Shown here: in pieces, positions 37,015-51,625 of the stretch | Position numbering within the stretch: position 1 is the stretch's first letter | Layout of the letters: each line of letters starts with the position of its first letter | Assembly: GCA_004431415.1 (NCBI GenBank) | Contig: QPMI01000013.1 | Coordinates: forward strand, 1-64,000 | Source of the DNA: Cyanophora paradoxa CCMP329 | Lineage: Eukaryota > Plantae > Glaucophyta | DNA length: 64,000 nucleotides | Reading direction: 5' to 3' | The notes under the pieces: generated by a model | Told to the model about the DNA's origin: nothing | The model's input: only the letters and a program-made list of their open reading frames with translations | Database searches by the model: none | Translations under genes and position numbers: made by a program

Positions 37015-37312
37015 GCGCTGCAGCTGCGGGCGCCGCTCTGAACTTGACGCCCCTCCTCACTCACTCGCGTGCTTCTCTTCACGCCCCGCCCCGCCCAACC
37101 CTTCCCTTCCGCCCCTCGCTTTCTCTTCCCTCCTCGCGTTCCCCCCGTGCTTGCAATCCGGATCTTGGAAACTGCACATTTACGACACAGCTCTACGGCG
37201 GGCCCGGGGGAGCGGCGGGCCCGCGGGGACGCCTATCGTGCATAGTGCGGTCACTGGCGCACGCACGCGAGGGACCCAAGGCCGGCGGCGGGGCCCGAGC
37301 CCAGCCCCACGC

Positions 37313-38403
37313 TCAGTCGAGCTTGCGGGCGAGGACGAAGGGGGAGCGCTTGACGGCGGCGGCCCCGGCGGCGCCCAGCTGGGAGCCGGGCTTCAGGTAG
37401 TTCTCCCCGGCCAGCACGGCCGGCTTCGACTCCTCTATGAAGCCCTGCGAAGCAAAGCTGAGGGGGGGGAGGAAGGGGAAACGGGGTAGCGGCGGACCTC
37501 GAAGACGGTGTTCTTGTCCCAGAAGACGAACTTGACGCGGGGCGTGGCGCCGGCCGCGACGCTCAGCTCCATCTCCACGGCCGCCGCGAAGCCCCAGAAC
37601 TTGTGCTGCGCCCTGCGAACGAAGCGAGGCGAAGCGCTCAGCTCAGCGCCGGGCCGAGGCCAGGCCGGGCTGGGCTAGGCCAAGGGAGGGGGGGCGCGCT
37701 TTATCCTGAAGACGGGGCCCCCCGAGGGGGAGGAGACGAAGCCGACGTGCTTCCCGATGATGAGAGTGTAGTTCCCGTCGTTCCAGCCCGAGACTGCGCG
37801 AGCGAGGCGGAGGGGCGCGGCGCGGCGCCGCGTGAGGGAGGGGCGGATGGTGAATCCAGGGACGGAGGCGGGGCGGAGGCGGGCGCGGAGGCGGCCGCGC
37901 ACTCTCCATCTTGCCCGTCCACTTGCTGCCGGACTCGAACATCTTGATCGCGTTCAGGAGGTGCGTGTCGCGCACGCCGTAGCCTGCCGGGGGCGCGCGC
38001 GGGCTCAGCCGCCGCGAATACGTGGCTCCCAGCGACTCGGTCCGAGCGGGGCGCGCACCGAGCTCCTCGTAGGGATCGGGCTTGGCGTTGCCGATCTGTT
38101 TAGCGCGTAAGGCGAGGAGTGGGGCCGCGTTCGAAAGGACGGCGGGCGGGCGGGCGGTGGTGACGCGCCGCCAAGCAAGGAAGGCAGGGGGCGAAGAGCG
38201 AGAGCACAGACGTCCACCAGGACTCCTCCTCCTCCTTCTGCACGGGCGCCGAGGGCGGACCGGCGCTCCGGAAGCTCGCATCGCTTTCGGATATCTTGGT
38301 CAGCGTATAGGACGTCCGCCGGCGGCGGCGCGTACCTTCCAGCGAAAGACGGCCTCGATTCGCGCTCCGGATATACGTCCGCGTGCTGCTGTGCCTGCGC
38401 CAT
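37313..38403 (-). CDS. Hypothetical protein, spliced
   Basis: Exons QIGNAKPDPY, GYGVRDTHLLNAIKMFESGSKWTGK, WNDGNYTLIIGKHVGFV, HKFWGFAAAVEMELS..VKFVFWDKNTVFE bounded by splice sites; start uncertain. Confidence 0.55.
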
Positions 38404-38688
38404 CTTCGAACGGTCTCCTGGGTGCGGTTGGGACCGGCGGTGCTGGTCGGCTCGGTTTTGTGCTTTTGAAGCGCCGGGTGCTTAGCTACGCCTCGATTGC
38501 ACGACGGAGCTTGCAACACGCTTCGACTAACTGCCAGTGCCGGGGTACCGACACAAATCGAAAAGGGCACTGGCCGGCGATTGTCTCCGAACAAAGCTTT
38601 CTGGACCCTTCTGTCTATCGCCCAGCCTTGCTGCGACGAGCAGAAGCCATACTAGGCAGCAGAGTCCTTAGCCCGGATCGCAAAGGCG

Positions 38689-40588
38689 ATGCCGGACGGA
38701 TCGGTTGGAGCAGTCGCTCCGCGACCCCCGTCTGCCCGCCGGGTTCGTTCTCGATGCTTTACAGCCCGTTTATCTCCTCGCCCCCTCTTCGCCGTCCTTA
38801 GCTATCCAGAAATTCGCCTTCCCAACTCGAGCTATCGTCTCGGCGCCGATGCTAGGACGTCGCCAGCCCGTTTTCCGCCCCGATTCTGTCTGCGCCTCTG
38901 AGACTTTTTCGCCTGCAGGACTTCGTTGCGGTGCGGGGCCGCGGGGATGAGTCGGCCCGCAGCCTTCACGAGGCCCCGCCGAAGCCCTACACGCCCCGGC
39001 CCTACGCGCCGGTGACCCCGCGGAACGTGCCGGCCGAAGCGTACTTCAGGGCGGGCGCGCCACTGCCGGTGACCCCGAGGGACCCGCCAGCCGAGCGGGC
39101 CGCAGAGGAGAAGATCGCCGGCGCCGCTGGGGAGGAGGCGGGCGGCAGACCCGCCGCCGCTGAGGGCGGAGAGCAGAGCGCCCCCGCAGCTGCGTCGTCC
39201 GGAGAGCCACCGGCTCGGGCGGAGGAGCCGCCGAAGGAGGCGGCGGGGCCCGGGCCGGCGGCGGCGGAGCAGCAGGGGGCGGGCCCACGGCCGGCGCCCC
39301 CGAGGCGGGAGGGGGGGCGGGACGGGCAGCAGCGGCCCATCCGTGCCGCCAAGTACATGGAGCTAAGGACCTTCGTCCCGACCCTCGCCCTCCGCGCCCG
39401 CCCGCCCTCCGCCCCCGCCTACTACTCCGCCCGCCGCGCCGCCTCCGCATCCGCCGCGCCGGCCAAGGCCCCGTCGCCCCGAAAGGCGAAGGATGAGGAC
39501 GAGGAGGAGGCGGCGGCGGCGTCTGCCTCGGCGCAGCAGCAGGCGGTCCTGCAGACGGTGTCGGCGACGCAGAGCGCCTCGCCGGCGGTGGCGGCGGCGG
39601 CGGCGGCGGTCGCCGCCGCGACGGCCTCCGTCACCCCCGCTCAGGTGAGGCTCAGCTCAGTTCCGCGAGGCTTCTCCGCTTAGTGAACCGCGCGCAGTTC
39701 CGGCGCTACGTAATGTCGGTCCCGGAGGGCCCCGAGGGGCCCGCCTCGGCCCGGCGGCGGCCGGCCTCGGCGGGGCCGATTGCGGGCCGGGCCGGGGCGC
39801 CCCCGTGCCGCCCTGCAGCTCCACTCGGCCCCGAGCTGCTGCTGGGCGCGGGCCTGGGCCTGGACCCCGGCCTAACCTACAACGTGCCCCTCCCTACTCC
39901 GCCCGCCCCGCCACCGCCCGCCGGCCACCGCCGGCACCGCCCGGCGGCCCGCGTCCGCCCGCCCCGCCTCGGCCCGCCCCGCGTCCGCCCGCCCGCGTCC
40001 GCCCGGCCGGCCTCGGCCCGCATCGCATGGACTTCGGCAGCGGCGGCCGGCGCGGCGGAGGGCGCGCCGCTGGCGCCGGCGTCGGCAGAGGCCCCGAGGC
40101 CGGCGACGGCCCCTCCGGCGCACCCGTCGCTGGTACCCAAGCACTTCCGAAAGGCGTACCTCCGCTTCCGGATAGGGCGTCCGCCCCCCACGCCGCCCCC
40201 GGCGGGGCCCCCGCCCCGGCCCCACAGCCTCTCCCTCGCCGTCCAGGCCTCCCTCGCCCTCGGGTACGCTTCGACCCTGTCCCGAGCCGAACCGTCCCTG
40301 AAGCCTAAGCCCTCGCCCCCTCCTCTCGGTCGCAGGTTCAAGTGGCCCGGCGTGGCCGCCGACCCGACCTTCGCGGGGGGCATCGCGTACCAGCGGTACA
40401 AGGGCGCCCCCGTGCTCGACCATCCGCTGCTCCGCGACCCGAGCTACCAGCTCTGGCGGAAGCTCAACGGCAACTACGAGCTGGGGATGCCGCCCGTGAA
40501 TTCCACCAGCCGCGCCCTGCACCCGACCTTCCCCACGGACGCCTACCGCTCCCCGGCCAAGAAGCACGGCGGCCAAGGGTACATGTAG
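38689..40588 (+). CDS. Pro/Ala-rich hypothetical protein
   Basis: ORFs 38931..39683 and 39683..40588 joined across a short intron near 39645-39697; more complex C-terminus FKWPGVAADPTFAGGIAYQRYKG..HPTFPTDAYRSP. Confidence 0.55.
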
Positions 40589-41107
40589 AGGGCACGCCCG
40601 CTCGAGCCCCCCAGCCCTAGGCCTCGGCTGCAGCCGCGTCGTTGAGCCCCGGGGTAGGTCGCATGCCCTCCGCAGGCCGGCCCCTCATTCCGCGTTTCCC
40701 CTGCGCATCCCTCGAGCTCTCGCATCGAAGGGTGCGGTATAAATAGTGCTAGCCGAGTGCCCACTTCATCTTTTAGTCTTTGCTTTGCTTTAGCACCGTA
40801 TTCAGGGCCACGTTTTCAAGTTTCCGCGCCGCCCCCCGCAGTCGGGGCGGTTGCAAGTGGCCCTCCGTTAAACTCGTAACTTATTGCGTAGCGCACTTAG
40901 CTAGCGCACTTAGCTAGCGCGTGTTTAAGCGATTGTAATCATACACGAACGACGTTGAAGTCGACTTGTCCGCAATTTGATCGCACGCTGCCAGGGTATC
41001 GGAACTCGAGCCACGCGCTTCTCTTCGGCTGCGCATGCGCATATACACCAGCACTTGCACTGACCAGCACTCGGCGCGACATCAGTAACGACGTGATAGC
41101 ACGGAGG

Positions 41108-44100
41108 ATGTTGGCATTCGCGCCGCCGTCCACGCTGGGGCAGCTGGCCGGCGCGCGCCTGCGGTCGGCGTCAGCGCTCCGGGCGCCCAGCCTGCTGTGC
41201 GGCCCTCTCGGCCTGCGTGCGTGCTCTCTGATTCTTGGCGTACGCCGCTGATCGCTTGCCGGCAGGCTCAGCGGCGGACGCTGACGCTCGCCGCTTGCGT
41301 CTGGGCCCGCCCCGATTCCTCGGCTCGACCGCCGCGCTTCTGAAGAAGAAGCACCATCCAGCTTCGCCGTCTGCCGCAAGCGTGGTGCCGAGGGCCGCGC
41401 CAATGCCTGCCGTCGCGGAAGGGTTCGTCTCGTTCTCGGCGCCGGCGTCGGAGGCGGCGCCCGAGCTGCCGATCGTCATCGAGACGGAGAACGTGCCCAT
41501 CTTTCTCTTCACGCGGGAGATCGAGCAGGTGCCGTCCACCCGACTCGCCTCTACAATTCGAATCGCCAACCGCGCGCGCGGCCACGGCCATGGCCGCGTA
41601 CGCGCACGCACGCAGGACGCGCTGGAGCAGCTGAAGGACCTCGCGAAGCTGCCGTTCGCGACGGGCTTCGTCTCGGCGATGCCGGACGTGCACCTCGGCA
41701 AGGGCGCCACCGTCGGGAGCGTCTTCGCCTCCGAGGACGCCGTCATCCCCAACGGTCTGTGCACTCCCCGCCCGCCCGCCCGCCCCCCCGCGCACTTCGT
41801 CCATATCTGACGGCAGCCGCCGCAGCGGTGGGCGTGGATATCGGTCAGCGCCGCGCGGGCGCGCGCGGGCGCGCCCCCCGCCTCTCCGCCGCGCGCTGAG
41901 GAGCCGGGGGCGGGGCGGGGCCAGGGTGCGGGATGAAGGCGATGCCGGTGGAGGGCCTGCGCGCCGAGGAGCTCACCGAGGCGACACTGCGCCGCATCCA
42001 GGCCCTCGTCAAGGGTCCGCCAGCGCCGCTGGCGCCAGCGCTCGCGCTCCCGGGCCCGCCCGCCCGCCCGCCCGCCTCAACTCTACCGCCACACCTAAGC
42101 CACCCTAGGCTATCTCTCCGCTCACGGGCCCGCCCGCCCGCCCGCCCGCCCGCCCGCCCGCCCGCCCGCGGCCGACCGAGGCTGAGGGCCGGCCGCCTAC
42201 CGCCCGCCTGCAGAGCGCATCCCGACGGGCTTCGAGTCGCATCCAAAGGCCACCAAGGACCTCAAGGTTCGCTCGAGCTAGTTTAGATTGGGTGGGATCA
42301 AGGCCCCGCCGCCGCCTGGCTGCTGAAGGCTCAACTCTAAGGCTTAGTGCTTCTTTAGGCCGCGCAGCGCTCTCGGCGGGGCTGACGTTCCTTCCTTTCG
42401 GTCGCAGCGGATCATGGACGAGCTGATGGGCGGCCGCCGGACCTCCGAGTGGCTCAAGCAGACCGTCGGCGAGAAGACCGCCTGCCAGATCGGCACCCTC
42501 GGGTGCGGGCGGCAGAATCCCCCCCCTCCCCCCTCCCCCTCCCCCTCCCCCTCCCCCCCCCCCTCCCCCTCCCCCCTCCCCTCCCCTCCCCGTCCCCCCT
42601 CCCCCTCCCCCTCCCCCTCCCCCTCCCCCTCCCCCCTCCCCCTCCCCCTCCCCCCTACCCCTCCCCCCTTCCCCTCCCCCCCCCACCCCCCCGCGGCCCC
42701 TCCGCGGCCCCCCCCCCCCTCCCCCCCCCCCCCTCCACCTCCTCCCCCTCCCGCCCGCCCCGGCCCACCCCCTAGCCTCGCCTCGCCTCGCCTAGCCTCG
42801 CCTCGCTCAGCTGAGCTCGCCCCTTCCTTCTCTGCAGGGGGGGCAACCACTTCATCGAGCTGTGCAAGGACGAGTCCGGGGGCGTCTGGCTCATGCTCCA
42901 CTCGGGGAGCCGCAACGTCGGCAAGACGACGGCCGAGCACTACAACGAGCTCGCCATGCAGCAGATGCGCAAGGAGGGCGGCGAGGCCGCGCGCCGCGCC
43001 ACCAAGGTGAGGCGGGCGGCTCGAGGCTTCCGAGTTCCCCTCAAAAAAGCCTCTAGATCTCTTTCTAGAGTCTGGCCCGCCGGGCCACCAAGTTGCGGCG
43101 GGCGGCTCGAGGCTTCCCCCCGCTTCTCAGCCTACGCCCTAACCCCCCCGTCTCGCCCTCGCCCTCGCCCTCGCCCCCGCCCTCGCCCGCAGGACGGCCT
43201 GAACTGGCTCCGGGTCGACTCGCGGGAGGGCCAGGCGTACCTCACCGACATGCAGTGGTGCCAGGTCCGCCCACAGCCTCCGGTTCGGTTCCTCGAGGGC
43301 CCAGTTTGAAGCCAAGCGCCGCGCGGGGCAGGACTAGTCTTCCTTAGGATGTATACCGCCCAGGGTCTTCTTCTGCTGCTTCTTGAAGGCTTAAGCTTAC
43401 TTCGTCCTCAGGACTACGCGATGGCGAACCGGGGGCGGATGATGGAGGTGTTCGCGGGGGCGGTGGAGGCGGTGACGGGGCGCGGGGCCGCCCTCGAGCG
43501 CTCCATCAACATCCACCACAACTTCTGCGCATGCGAGGTCCGCCAGAGGGCGATCCAGGAAGCACGCCTCCAGATCTAGATCCCCAGGCCTAAGACCCAT
43601 CCCCAGGCTTGAACGCGCTTTCTGGGCGAACGCCCGGCTTGCCTTCGACCCAAAGCTTAGATCTAGATCTCCAGACCCAGGCCCCATCGCACACCCACGC
43701 CCCAAGGCAAGCCGCGTGCCCTGGGCTGGGCTGACGCGGGGCGGGCGGCGGCAGCGCTGCACGTACACCGACCCGCGCTCCGGCGAGACCGTCACCAAGG
43801 GCCCGCCCCCCCCGCCCAGATCTGACCTGATCTGATCTGATCTGATATGATCTGATCTGATCTGATCTGATCTGATCTGATCTCAGACCTGTGGGTGACG
43901 AGGAAGGGGGCGACGTCGGCCAAACCCGGCGAGCTGGGGCTCATCCCGGGCTCCATGGGCGTCGGCAGCTACGTCGTCCGGGGGCGCGGCTCGCCCCTCT
44001 CCTGGTCCTCCTGCTCCCACGGCGCCGGTCCGTCTCGTACCCCTCCCCAGAACACAAATTTAAAACATTAGCCGGCCCCTCAATCTCTCAACATATCTAG

Positions 44101-44549
44101 AACCTCTAGTACCCAGAGCGGAATCTTATACCTGACTTGATTCTCGATCAGGGCGGCGGATGAGCCGGGTAAAGGCGAAGGAGGCGGTCTCGCAGGCCGA
44201 CTTCGAGGCGGCGATGGCCGGCATCGTCGCCGACACCGACCCAGCGTTGAGAGACGAGGCCCCCCAGGCGCGCTCACATCAGATCTGATCTGATCCGATA
44301 TGATCTGAGCCGGGCCGGCATGCAGGCGTACAAGGACCTCTCTCAGGTGATGGCGAACCAGTCGTCCCTCGTCGAGGTCATCCACCGCCTCGAGATCAGA
44401 TCAGACCTGATCATATCTGATCTGATCTGAGCCGGCAGGTCGTCCACCGCCTCGAACCCCTCCTCAACGTGAAGGGCTTCGGGGCGCCCTTCTGGGCCAC
44501 CAAGAAGAAGAAGAAGACGCCGCAGAAGGGCCTGGGCGGGCCCATCTAG
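41108..44549 (+). CDS. rtcB: Bacterial-type (E. coli-like) RtcB 3'-phosphate/5'-OH RNA ligase with N-terminal transit-peptide-like extension, spliced
   Basis: MPDVHLGKGATVGSV, AVGVDIG|CGM, QIGTLG|GGNHFIE, MLHSGSRNVG, INIHHN, VTRKGAT, IPGSMG, SCSHGA|GR, DEAPQ|AYKDL, PLLNVKG; stop 44547-44549. Confidence 0.93.
42517..42760 (+). repeat. (CCCCCT)n polypyrimidine tract inside an rtcB intron
   Basis: More than 200 bp of C5T repeats between exons GTLG and GGNHF. Confidence 0.9.
43818..43885 (+). repeat. (GATCT)n pentamer microsatellite making up most of an rtcB intron
   Basis: agatctgacctgatctgatctgatctgatatgatctg...atctcag. Confidence 0.9.
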
Positions 44550-44678
44550 TCGCTAGCCAGCCAGCGCGTCGCTCGCTTAGCTTCGTGTATACGTAGCATT
44601 CGACATGCATAAAATCGCGGTGGGGGCGGGGCGGGGCGGGGGAGGGGAGGGGCGGGGGGCGGGAGAGGGGCCTGCGTT

Positions 44679-47600
44679 CTACTCGGCGTGTGCGTGTGCG
44701 GCGGCCGGGGCGGGGCGGCGGGAGGCGGCGATGGCGTTCTGCGTCTCCCGGATCGTCCGCACCAGGATCGACTCCTCCTCGGCCGTCAGCACTCCTAGGG
44801 CAGGGAAGGAGGGTTAGGGGGGGGGGGAAGAAGCGGGCGGGGGGTACGGCACCGGAGAGGCCCTTGAGGATGTCGTTGAGCTGGTCGGCGGGGCTGGGCG
44901 AGGGGGCCCGCCTCTCTGCCTCAGGAGCCTGGACCGGGGCGGGCGCCGGGGCCGGGGCCGGGGCGGCGGAGCGCGGCGTCGTCTGCTCGAAGAACGAGAC
45001 GTCCGGAGACTCGTGGGCCGAGCGGCGGCCCGTCCCCGGCGAGCCCATAAAGTCCCGCTGCTGATCCCGCTGAGGCAGATCTCGCTGCTTGCCCGCCCAG
45101 CCGGCCGCGGGCGAGGGCGAGGGCGAGGGCGCGGGGGAGGGCTTCAGGATCGACTTGCGGAGGGTGGGCGTGCTGACGGCGGCGGTGGCGGCGGCGGCGG
45201 CGGGGGCCGACGGCGCCTGCAGGGGCTGCACGGGCGGCGAGACCCGCGGCCGCTGCACCACCCGCTCCGATCCGGAGGGCGAGAGGCCGAGCGCGGCGTA
45301 CGGCTGGCCAGCTGGCGCCGAGGCTGCCGAGAACCAGCCGCCCTGGTTCGAGTGGGCCTGCGAACACACGCGGGGCGTCAGGAGAGCGCGCGATTCACCG
45401 CAAAGAAGAATGGAAGGCGCGGCTCACGGGGGCGGGGCGGGTCGGGGTGCGGGCCGCGGGGCGCGGGGCCACGGGGCTCTTGCCCTTAGGCGAGGCTGCG
45501 GTGCTGCCCTTGGGCCGCGCCCCGCTCCCGGCCGCCGGGCCGTCGCTTGCCGGGCTCGACGCGGGCGCCGCGGCGGGCGCCGCCTCGGGAGCGGGCCGCG
45601 GCCGAGCGACGGTCTGGGGGGAGGCGGCGGCGGGGCGCGCGGGGAGGCGCGCGGGGCCGGCGCGGCGGCGGCGGCGGAGCGGGCCGGCGTGGAGAGGGAT
45701 CGGGATGGGGTGGCGAGGGGCCGCGCCACGGTCTGGGGCGCGGCGGGGGCCCCGCGGAATCCCATCTCCTCCTCGTCGTCCTCGCCCCCGCCGCGGGAGC
45801 GGCCTGCCTTGCTGCGCGGAGTGAAGTGCTGCCGCACGTACTCGCCCTTCAACGCCTCCGCCCAGAAGTCGTAGCTCGTCCGCGCCGGCGACGCCGCCCC
45901 GGCGCCCACCGCCGAGGCGGAGGCGGAGGCGGAGGCGGAGGGCGAGCGGGGGCGGCCCCGAGGAGCGCCGCCGCCGCTTCCGCGAACGGAGGAGGAAGGG
46001 GTGGCGGGGCGGGCGGGGAGGCTCGCGCTAGCGATTGCGAAGGCTCCGGCGCGCTCGTCGCCGCTGGCGGCGCCGCCCTCGCCGCGGAGCGAGTGCATCC
46101 AGGCGTGGTACGAGTTGGGGAAGTCCCGGCGGGCCGAGCGGGGCGTGCCGGTGCTGGCCGGCGACGCTGCGCGCGCCATCGCCTTGGCGATCTCGCGGCT
46201 GCGGCCCGGCAGCTCCACGCGCCGCCCCGAGGCGTCCGTCGTCCACGCGTGCACCCGCAGCGAGCCGGCCGACGCTGAGGCCCGCAGCGGAGTCGAGCGG
46301 CCCGAGGCCGGCGTCGGCGCCGGCCGCGCCGGGGTGCCCCGGGGCGTCGCCCGCTCGGACGGGAGCGAGGGCGACGCGTCGGGACCCCGGAGCGTGTCGG
46401 CCCACGAGTAGCGGGCGCTGGCCGCCCGCAGCATGCGGCTCGCGTAGGACGAGGTCGTGGGAGAGGAAGGCGCCTGCCGCCCGGCCCCGGCCCGCCCCGC
46501 CGAGGCCGGCCCCAGCGAGGCCGGGGAGAGGGGCCCCGCCCGCGGGCTAGTCGCTGAGGAGAGCGAGAGCTGCCGCCGGATGAGCGGCGCAGACCGCCGC
46601 GAGGGGCCTGCGAGAGCGCCAAGGTCAAGAAGGGCCGCTAAGTCAGCCGGACTGGAGGTTGGGCTGCACGCACAGTTCTCGGTGTAGGCGGTGAGGGCGG
46701 CCGCCGCGGCGTCCTGCACGGCCGGGGCCGGGTGCTCCAGGAGGCTGACCAGCGGGTCCAGGACGAGGTGCGGGTCCAGCACGATGCGCTGGGCGCTCAT
46801 CGCCCGCAGGCAGAGGCACGTCGAGCGCAGCAGCGTGTCGCTCGAGCCGCCGGCGAGGAACCCCGCCAGCCGCTGCACGGCCCCGCTGATCGCCACGCCC
46901 CGGCAGTTCGCCTCGTTCCCCTCGCACAGGTTCGCGAGCGCCGCCACGGCGCGCTCCTGGCAGAGGGCGCTGGGCGCGTCCAGCAGCCGGACGACGGTCG
47001 GGAGCGCCCCGGCGGCGCGCGCCTCCTCCTGGGCCGGCGCCTCCTCGCAGAGGGCCATGAGGAGTCCCAGGGCCGCCTCGACGACGCGTGTGGGGAGCTC
47101 CTCCCCGCCCAGCAGCTCCGTCAGCAGCCGCACGGCGCCCATCTCCACCAGCTCCCGCCGGTTCTCCCCTGCGAAAGGTAAGAAAGAAACGAAAAGGAAG
47201 GAGAGGGGAGGCACCGGAGGTGGAGCAGTGCCAGAGGACGCCGGCGGCGAGCTCGAGGGTCAGGCTGGAGCGCTCCGGGGCCAGCAAGGCGAGGAGGGCG
47301 GGGAAGCCCCCCGCGTCCCGGATCGTCTCCTTGTTCGCGTGCGCTGCTCGGGCCACATCAGATCGGATCGTATCGTATCTTAACGTGTCGTATCGTATCG
47401 TCGCGCACAGTGGAGGCAGCTGTTGCGGAGGACGTAGAGGGCCCGCTCGACCTTGTCCTGGCGGGGGTGCCCCAGCATGCGGATCAGCTTCGGGAGCCCG
47501 CCCGCGCCCTCCTCCGCCTCCTCCTCGCCGTCCACCACGCGGTCCGTCGTGACCTTCGCGAAGGGACGGACGAGGGAGCGCCGTGCCTCGGCAGGCGTCG

Positions 47601-48696
47601 CCGCGTGGTGGTAGGAGCCCAGCTTCATGCGCTGGCCCTGCGTCGGCACCGCGCTCTTGCTCCGCGGCGACCGCGGCGGCTCTGCGGGGGAGCGGGAGGT
47701 CGGTCGGGGGGCGCGGCGGCGATGCGCGGGAGGGGGCGGAGGCGGGGGCGCGCGCACTCTCGCCGTCCATGTACATGAGGGCGGGGACAAGGTGCATGAT
47801 GGTGATGCGCAGTTCGCGGACTGGCACGACGCTGCGGCCGCTCAGGAAAAGGAAAAGAGAGGGGGGACGAGAGGGGCGCGGGGGCGCCCACCTGACGACG
47901 GGGTTGCCCCGCAGCTCGAGGTTGTGCAGGCGCACGTTGAACGAGAGCGCCCGCAGGTCCTCCAGCTTCGAGAGAAGGTTGTGGCGGACGTCGAGCCTGG
48001 GCGGCGGCGTGTGAGGCGCGGGGCGGCCGACCGGGCGGCGGCGGCGGCGGCGGCGGCGGCGCACGTCTCGAGCTGCTTGGCGGCCTCCAGGCCCTCGATG
48101 ACGGAGATGCGGTTGCCGGACATGCGCACGTCCTTCAGGTTGCGGTTCCGGGATAGCCCGCGCATGTCGCTGATCAGGTTGAAGCTCGCGTCCAGGACCT
48201 GCAGGTTGGGCAGGAGCTCGAGGTGCAGGCGCTCGATCTTGTTGTACGCGACATTCAAATGCGTAATGGTGCGCGCGAGCTCCGACAGCTGGCCTGCGGG
48301 GGAATCAGCCGCGAAGTTCGAAGCCGCGGGGCGGGGGCGCACCGAGCGAGTTGTGGCTGAGGTCCAGGATCTGTGTGCACGCAGCGTAAGCCGCCAATGA
48401 CCGACGCGCAATCTTTCCGGGCGCACCGACAGCCTGGAGAAGGCGAACAGACCCGCGCAGCTAGAGAGCTCATTGTTTGAAAGGTTCAGCGCCTCCACGT
48501 CTTCGGGCCCGATGTCCTCCTCCACATGAGCGAGCTGCGGCACGTCAGCACGATGCCTTGGCGCGTTGGGCACGAGGGGCGGGCGCGTCTCAACGGCTAG
48601 CGGCCCTTCAAACGAGCGCGCGGGTGCGCGGGGGGTGCGCACGATGTCGTCCGCGCTCACTGAGCTGAAGTTGTAGCCGCGACACGAGACCCGCAT
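44679..48696 (-). CDS. SDS22-type LRR plus armadillo-repeat protein with long disordered C-terminal region
   Basis: LRRs EALNLSNNELSS, LNVAYNKIE, LDASFNLISDMRGL, MSGNRISVIEGL, LELRGNPV; ARM repeats GGLPKLIRML, NKETIRDAGGFPALLALL, GAVRLLTELL, AVAALANLCEGNEAN. Confidence 0.8.
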
Positions 48697-48845
48697 GGTT
48701 GCTGGGTCACTGCCGACTCGAGCTGCTCGGTCGAACAGCGCCGCCCGGCTGACGTATTCGCAGGGCTAAGCTCGGGCTACCGCTGCTATCAGGTACTCCA
48801 AGGTGGACGGGCGGCGCCCGAGGGCAACGAGTGACTGAGCTTTGA

Positions 48846-51506
<2,661 letters not shown>

Positions 51507-51625
51507 CCGCCGCGCACCCCGCCTCTAGATCAGAGCCTGCGCACCCTGCGAATGGGAGCGAGCGCTGCTGCGAATTTCCCAGTGAGGGCTGGCAAAGGGG
51601 GTACAGGCAGATATTCTGCACGCCA

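Noticed and set aside
42105-43010. Gly/Glu- and Pro/Ser-repeat (extensin-like) ORFs
   Set aside because: Translations of the (CCCCCT)n intron of rtcB.
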